Assembly (NCBI RefSeq): GCF_053078305.1
Contig: NZ_CP166879.1
DNA length: 64,000 bases
Reading direction: 5' to 3' (one strand)
Below are positions 1-12,697 of this stretch, piece after piece. The notes under the pieces were generated by a model. The model saw only the letters and a list, made by a program, of their open reading frames with translations, did no database searches and was not told where the DNA came from. The translations under genes and the position numbers were made by a program. The stretch's first letter is position 1, and each line of letters opens with the position of its first letter.

Positions 1-1
1 A

Positions 2-370
2 TGGGTAAAAACTGCAACCAACAAAACGCTTGATGATTTCACCCTGGAAAATGTGCTCAGCAATAAAGTAACCGCACAAGATATGCGTATCACGCCAGAG
101 ATACTACGCATTCAAGCCGCTATTGCCAGAGACGCCGGGCGTGATCGGCTGGCGATGAACTTTGAGCGCGCGGCGGAACTTACGGCAGTCCCGGACGATC
201 GCATCCTTGAAATTTACAACGCGCTGCGCCCGTATCGTTCCTCCAAAGAAGAACTTCTGGCTATTGCGGACGATCTTGAAAAGCGTTATCAGGCCAAAAT
301 TTGTGCTGCATTTGTACGTGAAGCGGCGGAGTTATACGTCGAACGTAAAAAGCTCAAAGGCGACGATTAA
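2..370 (+). CDS. pduE: Propanediol dehydratase small (gamma) subunit, 5'-partial at window edge
   Basis: Frame-2 ORF open from the window edge; translation ...WVKTATNKTLDDFTLENVLSNKVTAQDMRITPE...YVERKKLKGDD matches the C-terminus of PduE as recalled; followed directly by pduG. Confidence 0.85.
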   Translation, partial: WVKTATNKTLDDFTLENVLSNKVTAQDMRITPEILRIQAAIARDAGRDRLAMNFERAAELTAVPDDRILEIYNALRPYRSSKEELLAIADDLEKRYQAKICAAFVREAAELYVERKKLKGDD

Positions 371-384
371 AACAAGGATTAGTT

Positions 385-2217
385 ATGCGATATATAGCAG
401 GCATTGATATTGGAAATTCTTCAACGGAAGTCGCGCTGGCGACGTTGAATAACGCTGGCACGCTGTCGATTATCGGCAGCGCCCTAGCAGAGACCACCGG
501 AATAAAAGGCACATTACGTAATGTGTTTGGTATTCAGGAGGCGCTTACGCGGGCAGCGGCAAACGCAGGCATCAATATCAGCGACATATCGCTTATCCGA
601 ATTAATGAAGCCACGCCGGTCATTGGCGATGTGGCGATGGAAACTATCACTGAAACCATCATCACTGAATCGACGATGATCGGCCACAATCCGAAAACAC
701 CAGGCGGCATGGGCCTAGGCATAGGAGTCACTATAACTCCGGAAGAGTTACTGACACGCCCGGCGAATACACCCTACATTCTGGTGGTGTCATCCGCGTT
801 TGACTTCGCGGATATCGCCACAATGATCAATGCCTCTGTCCGCGCCGGTTACCAGTTTACAGGCGTCATTTTGCAACAAGATGATGGCGTACTGGTCAGC
901 AACCGGCTGGAAAAGCCCCTGCCCATCGTTGATGAAGTTCGCTATATAGACCGCATTCCGCTGGGTATGCTGGCGGCAATCGAGGTCGCGGTCCCGGGTA
1001 AAGTGATCGAAACACTCTCTAATCCTTATGGTATAGCGACCGTTTTCAATCTCACTGCTGAAGAAACAAAAAATATTGTCCCGATGGCGCGTGCACTGAT
1101 CGGTAACCGCTCTGCCGTCGTGGTGAAAACGCCAACCGGAGATGTCAAAGCAAGGGCTATTCCCGCTGGCAATATAGAACTGCTGTCGCGGGGACGAACT
1201 ATCCGTGTGAATGTAGCTGCAGGCGCTGAGGCGATCATGAAAGCCGTCAGTGAGTGCGGAAAAATAGATAACGTCAGCGGTGAAGCCGGAACCAATATCG
1301 GCGGCATGCTGGAACATGTTCGCCAGACAATGGCTGAGCTGACCAACAAGCCTAGCAACGAAATTTTTATCCAGGACTTACTGGCTATCGATACCTCAGT
1401 ACCTATCAGCGTGACCGGCGGACTGGCGGGGGAATTCTCGCTGGAGCAGGCCGTCGGAATTGCATCGATGGTAAAATCCGACCGACTGCAAATGGCAATG
1501 ATCGCCAGCGAAATCAAGCAGAATCTGAACATTGACGTTCAGGTAGGCGGAGCGGAAGCTGAAGCGGCGATTTTAGGAGCGCTCACCACGCCTGGCACTA
1601 CCCGTCCACTGGCAATCCTCGATTTGGGCGCTGGATCAACAGATGCTTCAATCATTAATTCGAAGGGTGACGTTATTGCTACTCATCTTGCAGGTGCGGG
1701 CGATATGGTCACGATGATCATCGCCCGTGAACTGGGACTGGACGATCGTTATCTGGCCGAAGATATAAAGAAGTACCCACTAGCCAAAGTGGAAAGTTTG
1801 TTCCACCTGCGCCATGAAGATGGCAGCGTTCAGTTCTTTCCTTCCCCACTGCCACCTGCGGTATTTTCCCGCATCTGCATAGTGAAATCCGACGAACTGG
1901 TGCCGCTTCCCGGCGATCTCCCTTTGGAGAAAGTTCGTACTATTCGCCGCAGCGCCAAAGAACGAGTCTTCGTCACTAATGCTCTGCGGGCGCTACGCCA
2001 GGTCAGTCCGACCGGTAACATCCGCGACATTCCTTTCGTGGTGCTGGTTGGCGGCTCTTCTCTTGATTTTGAAATCCCGCAACTGGTTACCGATGCTCTG
2101 GCACATTATCGGCTGGTTGCAGGGCGGGGAAATATCCGCGGTACGGAAGGACCACGCAATGCCGTTGCGACAGGACTGATCCTCTCGTGGCAGAAGGAGT
2201 TCGCCCATGAACAGTAA
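385..2217 (+). CDS. pduG: Diol dehydratase reactivase, large subunit
   Basis: 610-aa ORF, ATG with AAGGA upstream; N-terminus MRYIAGIDIGNSSTEVALA (ASKHA-type ATPase); position after pduE as in the Salmonella pdu operon. Confidence 0.9.
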   Translation: MRYIAGIDIGNSSTEVALATLNNAGTLSIIGSALAETTGIKGTLRNVFGIQEALTRAAANAGINISDISLIRINEATPVIGDVAMETITETIITESTMIGHNPKTPGGMGLGIGVTITPEELLTRPANTPYILVVSSAFDFADIATMINASVRAGYQFTGVILQQDDGVLVSNRLEKPLPIVDEVRYIDRIPLGMLAAIEVAVPGKVIETLSNPYGIATVFNLTAEETKNIVPMARALIGNRSAVVVKTPTGDVKARAIPAGNIELLSRGRTIRVNVAAGAEAIMKAVSECGKIDNVSGEAGTNIGGMLEHVRQTMAELTNKPSNEIFIQDLLAIDTSVPISVTGGLAGEFSLEQAVGIASMVKSDRLQMAMIASEIKQNLNIDVQVGGAEAEAAILGALTTPGTTRPLAILDLGAGSTDASIINSKGDVIATHLAGAGDMVTMIIARELGLDDRYLAEDIKKYPLAKVESLFHLRHEDGSVQFFPSPLPPAVFSRICIVKSDELVPLPGDLPLEKVRTIRRSAKERVFVTNALRALRQVSPTGNIRDIPFVVLVGGSSLDFEIPQLVTDALAHYRLVAGRGNIRGTEGPRNAVATGLILSWQKEFAHEQ

Positions 2218-2548
2218 CCAGAGCATTCCGGCAATTATTATCACAACCCTTAGTGACTGCTCCACCGTCTGGCAAGAGGTCTTACTCGGCATTGAAGAAG
2301 AAGGTATTCCCTTCGTTATCCAGTGCCAGGCAACCGGCGAAGTTATCACCTGTGCCTGGCAAGCGGCGCGTCAGTCGCCTCTTCTGGTCGGTATTGCCTG
2401 CGATCGGGAAACACTGGTGGTGCATTACAAAAATCTACCCACATCAGCGCCACTTTTTACGCTGACGTACCAGCAAGACAGCCACGCACAGCGGAGTATC
2501 GGCAATAACGCAGCAAGACTTGTTAAAGGTATTCCCTTCCGGGAATGA
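2207..2548 (+). CDS. pduH: Diol dehydratase reactivase, small subunit
   Basis: 113-aa ORF overlapping the pduG stop; canonical position and size. Confidence 0.8.
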   Translation: MNSNQSIPAIIITTLSDCSTVWQEVLLGIEEEGIPFVIQCQATGEVITCAWQAARQSPLLVGIACDRETLVVHYKNLPTSAPLFTLTYQQDSHAQRSIGNNAARLVKGIPFRE

Positions 2549-2576
2549 CGCTCATCATCCACAGGAGAACTGTAGT

Positions 2577-2852
2577 ATGAATAATGCACTGGGACTGGTT
2601 GAAACAAAAGGGTTAGTTGGCGCGATTGAAGCCGCAGACGCCATGGTTAAGTCCGCCAATGTACAACTGGTTGGTTATGAAAAAATCGGCTCGGGGCTGG
2701 TGACCGTCATGGTTCGCGGCGACGTCGGTGCTGTTAAAGCCGCCGTTGACGCCGGTAGCGCCGCGGCGAGCGCGGTTGGCGAGGTGAAATCCTGCCATGT
2801 AATTCCGCGTCCGCACAGTGACGTCGAGGCTATTTTACCGCATTCAGCATAA
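2577..2852 (+). CDS. pduJ: Microcompartment shell protein (BMC-H)
   Basis: ATG at 2577 preceded by AGGAGA; [29 protein letters not shown] is a classic BMC domain; the ORF track's TTG start at 2520 is an upstream extension. Confidence 0.85.
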   Translation: MNNALGLVETKGLVGAIEAADAMVKSANVQLVGYEKIGSGLVTVMVRGDVGAVKAAVDAGSAAASAVGEVKSCHVIPRPHSDVEAILPHSA

Positions 2853-2873
2853 AACATTGTACAGGAGCACAGC

Positions 2874-3332
2874 GTGAAGCAATCACTGGGATTACTTGAA
2901 GTAAGTGGTCTGGCATTAGCCATCAGTTGCGCGGATGTCATGGCGAAAGCCGCATCCATCACGCTGATTGGCCTTGAAAAAACCCATGGTTCAGGATGGA
3001 CGGTGATCAAAATCACCGGTGATGTGGCCTCGGTACAGTCTGCCATTATCACCGGTGCCAGTTTTGCCGAACGGCGAAATGGTCTGGTGGCAAATAAAGT
3101 CATCGCCAGACCTGCCGGGGGGATCCTGGCACACGTGGAATCAGACGAACCCGCGAGCGTACCGGAAATCATCATTGAAGAACGGGAAAGATTTATTGAA
3201 ACCCCGGAATCGCAAGATGAGTCAGAAACAGTGCTCGTTAGTTGCAATCTCTGTCTTGACCCGGCCTGTAGACGACAAAAAGGGGAGCCCCATTCACAGT
3301 GCCTGCATTCAGGTAAGCGAGGTGAGAAGTAA
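2874..3332 (+). CDS. pduK: Microcompartment shell protein with Cys-rich C-terminal extension
   Basis: GTG start after AGGAG; N-terminal BMC domain MKQSLGLLEVSGL...; C-terminal CNLCLDPACRR motif. Confidence 0.8.
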   Translation: MKQSLGLLEVSGLALAISCADVMAKAASITLIGLEKTHGSGWTVIKITGDVASVQSAIITGASFAERRNGLVANKVIARPAGGILAHVESDEPASVPEIIIEERERFIETPESQDESETVLVSCNLCLDPACRRQKGEPHSQCLHSGKRGEK

Positions 3333-3964
3333 TGGAAAAACAACTGCTGAAAGACACTGTCAGCAAAGTGTTAGATGAAATGCGCACACGCCCGATTCCT
3401 CTGGGTGTATCTAACCGCCATATTCATCTCTCAGAGGCAGACTACGCACGGCTTTTTCCAGGTCAACCCATTCGTGAGAAAAAGACACTGCTGCAACCCG
3501 GGCAGTTTGCCGCCGAACAAACCGTAACGCTGGTAGGCCCAAAAGGGCAACTGAAAAATGTTCGCCTGCTGGGGCCACTGCGTGAAACCAGTCAGGTAGA
3601 GATATCTCGCACTGATGCCAGAATGTTAGGCATCAGTGCACCGTTACGTATGTCCGGCGATCTGCAGGGCACTCCAGGCATTCGTCTGGTCAGTGCTTTT
3701 GCACAGCTCGACCTTCCTTCTGGGGTCATTGTTGCCCAGCGGCACATTCATATGACTCCCCTTGACGCGCTGGTCTATCGCGTGACTCACGGCGATAAAG
3801 TCTCTGTTGCCATTACTGGCGACGAACGACAGCTTGTTTTAGACAACGTGATTGTGCGTGTATCGGCAGATATGCGGCTCGAGATGCATATTGATACTGA
3901 CGAAGCCAACGCGGCGGGAGCGGATAATCCACAGACTATTGCAATGCTGGTGGCAACACGATGA
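3332..3964 (+). CDS. pduL: Phosphate propanoyltransferase
   Basis: 210 aa; start overlaps pduK stop (TAATG); PduL-type sequence and position. Confidence 0.85.
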   Translation: MEKQLLKDTVSKVLDEMRTRPIPLGVSNRHIHLSEADYARLFPGQPIREKKTLLQPGQFAAEQTVTLVGPKGQLKNVRLLGPLRETSQVEISRTDARMLGISAPLRMSGDLQGTPGIRLVSAFAQLDLPSGVIVAQRHIHMTPLDALVYRVTHGDKVSVAITGDERQLVLDNVIVRVSADMRLEMHIDTDEANAAGADNPQTIAMLVATR

Positions 3965-4443
3965 ACGCAGAACTGTCGCAACACATCGTCGAAAAGGTCG
4001 TCCTCCGGCTACAACAGCGAGCGGTAAGCACAAGAACGCTTAGCCCTACTCAATTGCAGAGAGCCGATCTTCAGGCGCTTTTTTGCCACTATTCAACGTT
4101 GTACGTCACCCCGGTCGATCTGCAGTTTCTGCAGCAAATAATAGAGAACGGATCGGCGGCGGAAAGTATTCACACGGCACTGGCCTGGGGCATCCACGTG
4201 CGACTGTCACTACGACGCAGTTTGTTGCCAGCCATTCCTGTGAAACAACTCGCTCGTCTGCCACTGGAACTCAGCGATGAACATGGACAGCGCATCTTTT
4301 TGCATTCATCCCGATTGTTAAGTTACGTCCATGTAGCCCCCCTGAGCGAAGGGGTACTGGTGCTGAGAAGCAAATGCGTTGTGACCGCGCTGGCACGCGA
4401 AGCCGCAGACGCACGGAATATCCAATTACTTAAGCAGGAGTAG
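3961..4443 (+). CDS. pduM: Microcompartment structural protein
   Basis: 160 aa; ATGA overlap with pduL; position and sequence similarity to PduM. Confidence 0.75.
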   Translation: MNAELSQHIVEKVVLRLQQRAVSTRTLSPTQLQRADLQALFCHYSTLYVTPVDLQFLQQIIENGSAAESIHTALAWGIHVRLSLRRSLLPAIPVKQLARLPLELSDEHGQRIFLHSSRLLSYVHVAPLSEGVLVLRSKCVVTALAREAADARNIQLLKQE

Positions 4444-4446
4444 ACC

Positions 4447-4722
4447 ATGCATCTGGCTCGGGTCACCGGCGCTGTGGTATCCACGCAAAAAACCCCCTCA
4501 TTGGTGGGAAAAAAACTTCTGCTGGTACGTCGGGTCAGCGCCGACGGCGAACTTCCGGCAGATCCATTACACGGCGATGAGGTTGCCGTTGATTCTGTCG
4601 GGGCAGGTGTTGGTGAGCTGGTCTTACTCAGCAGCGGCTCCAGCGCCAGACAGGTATTTTCTGGTCCTAATGAGGCTATCGATCTGGCGGTGGTCGGCAT
4701 TGTCGACACGCTTTCGCGATAA
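4447..4722 (+). CDS. pduN: Microcompartment vertex protein (EutN/CcmL family)
   Basis: 91 aa; [15 protein letters not shown]... typical BMC-V pentamer protein. Confidence 0.8.
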   Translation: MHLARVTGAVVSTQKTPSLVGKKLLLVRRVSADGELPADPLHGDEVAVDSVGAGVGELVLLSSGSSARQVFSGPNEAIDLAVVGIVDTLSR

Positions 4723-4733
4723 GGACATGAGCT

Positions 4734-5741
4734 ATGGCGATTTATACCCGAACAGGCGATACCGGTAGCACATCTCTTTTTACCGGGCAACGCGTCAGTA
4801 AAACCCATCCACGCGTTGAAGCTTACGGTACGCTGGATGAACTCAATGCAGCGCTCAGTTTATGCGTTTGCGCGACCCGTAATGAGCAACACCGGGCGTT
4901 GCTGGAATCTGTTCAGTTACGAATATTCTGGTTTAGCGCCGAACTGGCCAGCGAAGGTGAACAACCTTCTCCAGACCAGTTCTACATTAGCGCTGAGGAT
5001 ATTGCTGCGCTTGAAAGCGCGATCGATACCGCAATGGGACGTATCGCGCCTGTACACAGTTTTATTTTACCAGGCCGCTGCGAGTCCGCCAGTCGGTTAC
5101 ATTTTGCCCGTACCCTTGCCCGCCGTGCCGAACGGCGTCTGGTTGAACTGGCAACAGATGTCACCGTCAGACATGTACTGATGCGCTACATCAACCGCCT
5201 TTCCGATTGCCTGTACGCCCTGGCTCGCGCAGAGGACCATGACACTTACCAGAACAACATTATCAGCGAAGTCGTGAAGCGTTATCTGGCATCCGCAAAT
5301 TCGCCTGTTGTGAAAGGAACCTTGATGACTCTCTCTTTTCACGATCTCCATCAACTGGTCCGTTCCGCCGTGGCCCGTGCTGAAGCGTTAAATGTTCCCG
5401 TTGTAGTCAGCATTGTTGATGCCAACGGTACGGAGTCCGTCACATGGCGGATGCCTGGCGCGCTGCTGGTCAGTAGCGAACTGGCACCAAAGAAAGCCTG
5501 GACAGCTGTTGCCATGAAAACGGCGACCCATGAACTTGCTTCTGCGGTACAACCCGGCGCGCCGCTGTATGGACTGGAAAGCCATATGCAAGGAAAAGTA
5601 ATCACTTTCGGCGGCGGTTATGCCTTATGGCGTGACGGAACAATTATTGGGGGACTGGGTATCAGCGGCGGTAGCGTTGAACAGGACATGGATATTGCAC
5701 AGACCGCCATTGCGGCAATAAACGTGAGAACACATCAATGA
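4734..5741 (+). CDS. pduO: ATP:cob(I)alamin adenosyltransferase (PduO type) with C-terminal GlcG-like domain
   Basis: 335 aa; N-terminus MAIYTRTGDTGSTSLF... Confidence 0.85.
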   Translation: MAIYTRTGDTGSTSLFTGQRVSKTHPRVEAYGTLDELNAALSLCVCATRNEQHRALLESVQLRIFWFSAELASEGEQPSPDQFYISAEDIAALESAIDTAMGRIAPVHSFILPGRCESASRLHFARTLARRAERRLVELATDVTVRHVLMRYINRLSDCLYALARAEDHDTYQNNIISEVVKRYLASANSPVVKGTLMTLSFHDLHQLVRSAVARAEALNVPVVVSIVDANGTESVTWRMPGALLVSSELAPKKAWTAVAMKTATHELASAVQPGAPLYGLESHMQGKVITFGGGYALWRDGTIIGGLGISGGSVEQDMDIAQTAIAAINVRTHQ

Positions 5742-7126
5742 ATACATCTGAACTGGAAACCCTCATTCGTAATATTTTGTGCGAACAACTGGCCCCGGTC
5801 GCCCCAAAAAACATCAGCGGAAACGGTATTTTTCAGTCCGTTGATGAGGCCATCAATGCCGCACACCAGGCATTCTTACGCTATCAGCAGTGCCCACTTA
5901 AAACTCGAAGTGCTATTGTTAACGCCATTCGTCAGGAGTTAACTCCGCATCTGTCTGTCCTGGCGGAAGAGAGTGCCAGCGAAACGGGCATGGGGAACAA
6001 AGAGGATAAATTACTGAAAAACAAGGCTGCACTGGAAAATACCCCCGGCATTGAGGATTTGACAACCACCGCACTTACCGGTGATGGCGGTATGGTTCTG
6101 TTTGAATACTCACCGTTTGGTGTCATTGGTTCCGTTGCGCCGAGCACCAATCCGACGGCAACTATTATTAATAACAGCATCAGTATGCTGGCGGCGGGTA
6201 ACAGCGTCTATTTCAGCCCGCATCCTGGCGCCAAAACTGTATCGCTCAAATTGATCTCCCTAATCGAAGAGATTGTCTTTCGCTGCAGCGGTATTCGTAA
6301 CCTTATTGTCACTGTGACCGAGCCCACATTTGAAGCTACTCAGCAAATGATGGCGCACCCGAAAATCGCCGTGCTGGCGATTACGGGCGGCCCCGGCATT
6401 GTGGCGATGGGGATGAAAAGCGGCAAAAAAGTGATTGGCGCTGGAGCGGGTAATCCCCCCTGTATCGTCGATGAAACGGCAGATCTGATCAAAGCGGCTG
6501 AAGATATCATCAGCGGTGCGTCATTCGATTATAACCTGCCCTGTATTGCGGAAAAGAGTCTGATTGTAGTTGAAAGCGTTGCCGAGCGACTGGTACAGCA
6601 AATGCAAAGTTTCGGTGCATTGCTACTTAATCCATCAGATACCGATAAGCTACGCGCCGTCTGCCTACCGGAAGGGGTAGCCAACAAAAAATTGGTCGGG
6701 AAAAGTCCGTCGGCACTACTGGAAGCCGCGGGGCTGGCAGTTCCGGTAAAAGCACCACGCCTGCTGATTGCCATTGTGAACGCCGACGATTTATGGGTAA
6801 CCTGTGAACAACTTATGCCTGTGTTACCGATCGTGAAGGTCGCTGATTTCGATGCTGCGCTCGCCCTGGCGTTAAAGGTGGAGGAAGGTCTGCACCATAC
6901 AGCCATCATGCACTCGCAAAATGTGTCCCGGCTCAACCTGGCCGCCCGAACGTTACAAACATCCATTTTTGTCAAAAACGGTCCGTCTTACGCCGGGATT
7001 GGCGTTGGCGGCGAAGGGTTTACTACCTTTACCATTGCGACACCCACCGGAGAGGGAACCACGTCAGCCCGTACTTTTGTCCGCTCTCGTCGTTGTGTAC
7101 TGACGAACGGTTTTTCCATCCGTTAA
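5738..7126 (+). CDS. pduP: CoA-acylating propionaldehyde dehydrogenase
   Basis: 462 aa aldehyde dehydrogenase family; ATGA overlap with pduO. Confidence 0.9.
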   Translation: MNTSELETLIRNILCEQLAPVAPKNISGNGIFQSVDEAINAAHQAFLRYQQCPLKTRSAIVNAIRQELTPHLSVLAEESASETGMGNKEDKLLKNKAALENTPGIEDLTTTALTGDGGMVLFEYSPFGVIGSVAPSTNPTATIINNSISMLAAGNSVYFSPHPGAKTVSLKLISLIEEIVFRCSGIRNLIVTVTEPTFEATQQMMAHPKIAVLAITGGPGIVAMGMKSGKKVIGAGAGNPPCIVDETADLIKAAEDIISGASFDYNLPCIAEKSLIVVESVAERLVQQMQSFGALLLNPSDTDKLRAVCLPEGVANKKLVGKSPSALLEAAGLAVPVKAPRLLIAIVNADDLWVTCEQLMPVLPIVKVADFDAALALALKVEEGLHHTAIMHSQNVSRLNLAARTLQTSIFVKNGPSYAGIGVGGEGFTTFTIATPTGEGTTSARTFVRSRRCVLTNGFSIR

Positions 7127-7136
7127 TGAGGCCGCG

Positions 7137-8249
7137 ATGAAGACATTTTCCCTGCAAACCCGTTTATTCAGCGGTCCTGGAAGTCTGAAAATGCTGGACC
7201 GCTTTACGAACAAACATATCTGGATTATCTGTGACGGTTTCCTCTCGCGTTCACCGTTGATTGACACCTTACGTAGTTCGTTACCAGGCAACAATCGCAT
7301 CAGCATTTTTAGCGAGATAACACCGGATCCGACAATCCAAACCGTGGCGCGCGGTATTGCACAGATGCAATCTCTACGTCCTGATGTGGTAATCGGTTTT
7401 GGCGGCGGCTCGGCGCTGGATGCGGCAAAAGCGATTGTCTGGTTCAGTCGCCAGTCTGGCATAGAAATTGAAACCTGTGTTGCCATCCCTACCACCAGCG
7501 GCACAGGCTCAGAAGTTACCAGTGCCTGCGTCATTAGCGATCCAGAGAAAGGTATTAAATACCCTTTATTTAACAATGCGCTATATCCCAACATGGCTAT
7601 TCTCGACCCGACGCTGGTGGTTAGTGTACCGCCGAACATCACCGCTAATACCGGAATGGATGTGCTAACTCACGCGCTGGAAGCATATGTTTCGCCGCAC
7701 GCAAGCGACTTCACTGACGCTCTGGCAGAAAAAGCAGCACAAATCGTCTTCCAGTATTTGTCTGTTGCGGTACAAAAAGGCGATTGTCTGGCGACACGAG
7801 GAAAAATGCATAACGCTTCGACACTCGCCGGCATGGCCTTCAGCCAGGCGGGGCTTGGCCTTAACCATGCTATTGCCCATCAACTCGGTGGACAGTTTCA
7901 CCTGCCGCACGGACTGGCGAACGCACTATTACTCAGTGCAGTCATTCGTTTCAATGCACATGATTCGCGGGCAGCAAAACGCTACGCCCGGTTGGCTAAA
8001 ATTTGCCATCTATGTCCCCCCGACGCTAATGACACAGTCTGTCTGGATGCACTCATCCATCATATTGAAGAACTTAAGAAGTGCTGTGAAATGCCTGGAC
8101 TGTCGGAAGCACTGAAACAGGATAAGCAAAACTGGTCACAACGGATCCCGGCGATGGTTGACGCTGCCCTGGCGGACGTCACCCTGAAAACAAATCCGAG
8201 AATCGCTGATGCCAGCTCCATCCAGGAGTTACTTGAGGAGTTGCTATGA
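7137..8249 (+). CDS. pduQ: 1-propanol dehydrogenase (iron-containing alcohol dehydrogenase)
   Basis: 370 aa; Fe-ADH motifs (GGGSALD, HAIAHQLGG). Confidence 0.9.
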   Translation: MKTFSLQTRLFSGPGSLKMLDRFTNKHIWIICDGFLSRSPLIDTLRSSLPGNNRISIFSEITPDPTIQTVARGIAQMQSLRPDVVIGFGGGSALDAAKAIVWFSRQSGIEIETCVAIPTTSGTGSEVTSACVISDPEKGIKYPLFNNALYPNMAILDPTLVVSVPPNITANTGMDVLTHALEAYVSPHASDFTDALAEKAAQIVFQYLSVAVQKGDCLATRGKMHNASTLAGMAFSQAGLGLNHAIAHQLGGQFHLPHGLANALLLSAVIRFNAHDSRAAKRYARLAKICHLCPPDANDTVCLDALIHHIEELKKCCEMPGLSEALKQDKQNWSQRIPAMVDAALADVTLKTNPRIADASSIQELLEELL

Positions 8250-9601
8250 ATGTCGCGCTGAATGCAGAGACTGCTGATTACGATGCGCAAACCATTCGTG
8301 AGCGAGTGCGTGCAGCCGGTGTGGTCGGTGCCGGAGGCGCTGGTTTCCCGACACATGTCAAACTGCAGGCTCAGGTGGATATTTTTCTGGTCAACGCTGC
8401 AGAATGTGAACCAATGCTAAAAGTTGACCAGCAGTTAATGGCTCTGCAAGCCAGGCGTCTGATTCGCGGAGTACTGTATGGAATGAAAGCAACAGGCGCC
8501 AGTGAAGGCATTATTGCACTGAAAGAAAAATACCAACAAGCAATCGCCGCATTAACGCCATTTCTACCTTCCACTATCAGGCTGCATATATTACCTGACG
8601 TCTACCCGGTGGGCGACGAAGTATTAACTATCTGGATGGCGACGGGTCGTCGTGTGCCTCCTGCCGCGCTTCCTGTCAGCATTGGGGTCGTTGTTAATAA
8701 CGTTCAGACTGTACTTAATATCGCCCGCGCCGTCGAACAGCAGTATGCGGTTACTCGTCGGACGCTGACCATTAATGGCGCGGTAGCAAAGCCAATAACG
8801 CTGACCGTACCGATTGGGATCTCGTTACGTGAAGTGCTGGCGCTGGCGGGAGGCGCTACCGTGGAAGATCCCGGTTTCATTAGCGGTGGCCCGATGATGG
8901 GGGCGTTGATCGGTTCACTGGACAGTCCGGTAACCAAGACTACTGGCGGCCTGTTAGTGTTACCCAAATCTCACCCGCTGATCCAACGACGTCTACAGGA
9001 CGAACGTACCGTACTTACGGTGGCGAAAACTGTCTGTGAGCAGTGCCGATTGTGTACCGATCTCTGTCCGCGTCACTTAATTGGTCACGAATTATCACCT
9101 CACCTGTTGGTACGTACTGTCAATTATCAACAGGTGGCCTCGCCACAACTTTTACTCAGCGCCTTGACCTGTTCAGAATGTAATGTCTGCGCCAGCATAG
9201 CCTGCCCGGTTGGAATCTCACCCATGCGCATTAATCGCATGCTCAAGCGCGAACTGCGTGCGCAAAACCTTCACTATGAAGGACCACTCAAACCGGTCGA
9301 TAAGATGGCGAAATACCGTCTTATCCCGGTGCAGCGACTGATAGCACGCCTGGGCTTATCCCCATGGTATCAGGCAGCACCATTCGATGCAGCCGAACCA
9401 CAACCGGAAAGAGTCACGCTTTTATTGCACCAGCATATCGGTGCAACTACCCTGCCCTGCGTGCAAAAAGGCGAACACGTGGTTCGGGGACAGCGTGTGG
9501 CTGATGTTCAGCAAGGCACGTTAGGCGCGCCCATTCACACCAGTATTGACGGCACGGTCTGTAACGTCACAGAACACTCCATCACGGTGGTAAGAGGTTA
9601 A
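8246..9601 (+). CDS. pduS: Cobalamin reductase (RnfC-like flavoprotein with 4Fe-4S clusters)
   Basis: 451 aa; two CxxCxxCxxxCP ferredoxin motifs; overlaps pduQ stop. Confidence 0.85.
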   Translation: MNVALNAETADYDAQTIRERVRAAGVVGAGGAGFPTHVKLQAQVDIFLVNAAECEPMLKVDQQLMALQARRLIRGVLYGMKATGASEGIIALKEKYQQAIAALTPFLPSTIRLHILPDVYPVGDEVLTIWMATGRRVPPAALPVSIGVVVNNVQTVLNIARAVEQQYAVTRRTLTINGAVAKPITLTVPIGISLREVLALAGGATVEDPGFISGGPMMGALIGSLDSPVTKTTGGLLVLPKSHPLIQRRLQDERTVLTVAKTVCEQCRLCTDLCPRHLIGHELSPHLLVRTVNYQQVASPQLLLSALTCSECNVCASIACPVGISPMRINRMLKRELRAQNLHYEGPLKPVDKMAKYRLIPVQRLIARLGLSPWYQAAPFDAAEPQPERVTLLLHQHIGATTLPCVQKGEHVVRGQRVADVQQGTLGAPIHTSIDGTVCNVTEHSITVVRG

Positions 9602-9603
9602 CC

Positions 9604-10158
9604 ATGTCTCAGGCAATAGGTATTTTAGAACTCACCTGTATCGCCAGAGGGATGGAAACTGGCGATGCCATGTTGAAAAGTGCGAATGTCAGTCTACTGG
9701 TCAGTAAGACGATTTGTCCGGGTAAGTTCCTGCTCATTCTGGGCGGTGAGGTCAGTGCAGTCCAGCAGGCAATCGAAACAGGAGCCTCTCTGGCCGGTGA
9801 AATGTTAGTTGACAGTCTGGTGCTACCCAACATCCATGCCAGCATCCTGCCAGCAATCAGCGGGCTGAATAGCGTGGTTCAGCGTCAGTCGGTGGGGATT
9901 GTTGAAACCTGGAGCGTGGCTGCCTGCATCAGCGCTGCAGACCGAGCCATTAAGACATCCAATGTAACGCTGGTCCGCGTCCATATGGCATTCGGCATTG
10001 GCGGTAAATGCTACATGGTGGTCGCAGGGGATATCTCCGACATCAACAATGCGGTTGCTGTTGCCAGCGAAAGTGCAGGTGAGAAAGGTCTCCTGGTTTA
10101 TCGTTCGGTTATTCCACGCCCGCATGAAGCCGTGTGGCACCAGATAGTGGAGGGTTGA
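9604..10158 (+). CDS. pduT: Tandem-domain microcompartment shell protein (BMC-T)
   Basis: 184 aa with two BMC domains. Confidence 0.85.
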   Translation: MSQAIGILELTCIARGMETGDAMLKSANVSLLVSKTICPGKFLLILGGEVSAVQQAIETGASLAGEMLVDSLVLPNIHASILPAISGLNSVVQRQSVGIVETWSVAACISAADRAIKTSNVTLVRVHMAFGIGGKCYMVVAGDISDINNAVAVASESAGEKGLLVYRSVIPRPHEAVWHQIVEG

Positions 10159-10508
10159 TGGAAATACAAAATACTACAGAACGACGGATCCAGGAATATG
10201 TCCCTGGTAAACAGATCACACTGGCGCATCTGATAGCTAATCCAGGTAAAGATCTGTTTAAAAAGCTGGGACTGCCAGACACTATTTCAGCTATTGGTAT
10301 CCTGACCATCACGCCGGGAGAAGCTTCCATTATTACCTGTGACATTGCGACAAAATCCGGTGCAGTAGAAATTGGCTTTCTTGATCGGTTTACCGGTGCA
10401 GTTGTCCTGACCGGCGATGTTTCTGCCGTTGAGTACGCACTGAAACAGGTCACCAGAACGCTGAGCGAGATGATGCATTTTAGCGTCTGCCCAATAACAC
10501 GGACTTAA
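10158..10508 (+). CDS. pduU: Microcompartment shell protein
   Basis: ATG at 10158 overlaps the pduT stop by 1 nt (TGATG); [19 protein letters not shown]... as in PduU; ORF-track start at 10134 is an extension. Confidence 0.8.
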   Translation: MEIQNTTERRIQEYVPGKQITLAHLIANPGKDLFKKLGLPDTISAIGILTITPGEASIITCDIATKSGAVEIGFLDRFTGAVVLTGDVSAVEYALKQVTRTLSEMMHFSVCPITRT

Positions 10509-10512
10509 CGCA

Positions 10513-12146
<1,634 letters not shown>

Positions 12147-12363
12147 AAAAATGACAGTAGCGTAATACACCGCGTTTTGTGAATAACTTAGTCATGGTTG
12201 GATCACCAGCAGTGAGATACTACTGGCCTGCCATATCCCACAATATCTTACCTGACTCGATAACTGCCAGTCATGCGTGTCGTTACGGGGAAGTCATCTT
12301 CACAGGGATTTTCAGTCAGTTAGCATTACCAACATCCATTCACCAAATTACCGGAGATAATCG

Positions 12364-12697
12364 ATGTCAAAACCCCGATGGACCATTGAACAGAAAAGGC
12401 AGCACGTTGCTGCATGGTGCGCCAGTGGTCTTACACGCCAGTAATACTGTGAACTCAATGATATTCCCTTCACATCACTTCGCGAATGGACGCAGGATGT
12501 CGCAAAAGCTGAACGCCGGGCAAATGAACTGACCGTTCTTCCCGTTCATAATTGCACCACTACTGCATGCTGATGTACCACAGCCCGTCACGAATGAGCT
12601 AGTCACGCTCTTCCTTCCCGGTGGAGTACGGATGTGCTGTCAGCCGTCACAACTTACCGATGTCTTCAGGACACTCAAATATGCTCAGTCCTGATAA
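12364..12697 (+). pseudogene. IS66-family orfA, disrupted by in-frame TAA and a frameshift
   Basis: ATG 12364 gives MSKPRWTIEQKRQHVAAWCASGLTRQ, then TAA at 12442-12444, then the same frame continues YCELNDIPFTSLREWTQDVAKAERR...; a +1 frame then runs to overlap the orfB start. Confidence 0.4.

Noticed and set aside
534-2349. Minus-strand ORFs (790..1317, 1026..1532, 1993..2349) overlapping pduG
   Set aside because: Antisense to a well-supported, full-length pduG; the translations have no recognisable features.
12179-12532. 117-aa plus-strand ORF between pduW and the IS66 orfB
   Set aside because: No recognisable domain; overlaps the better-supported, though disrupted, IS66 orfA frame; likely a chance ORF in IS-flanking sequence.
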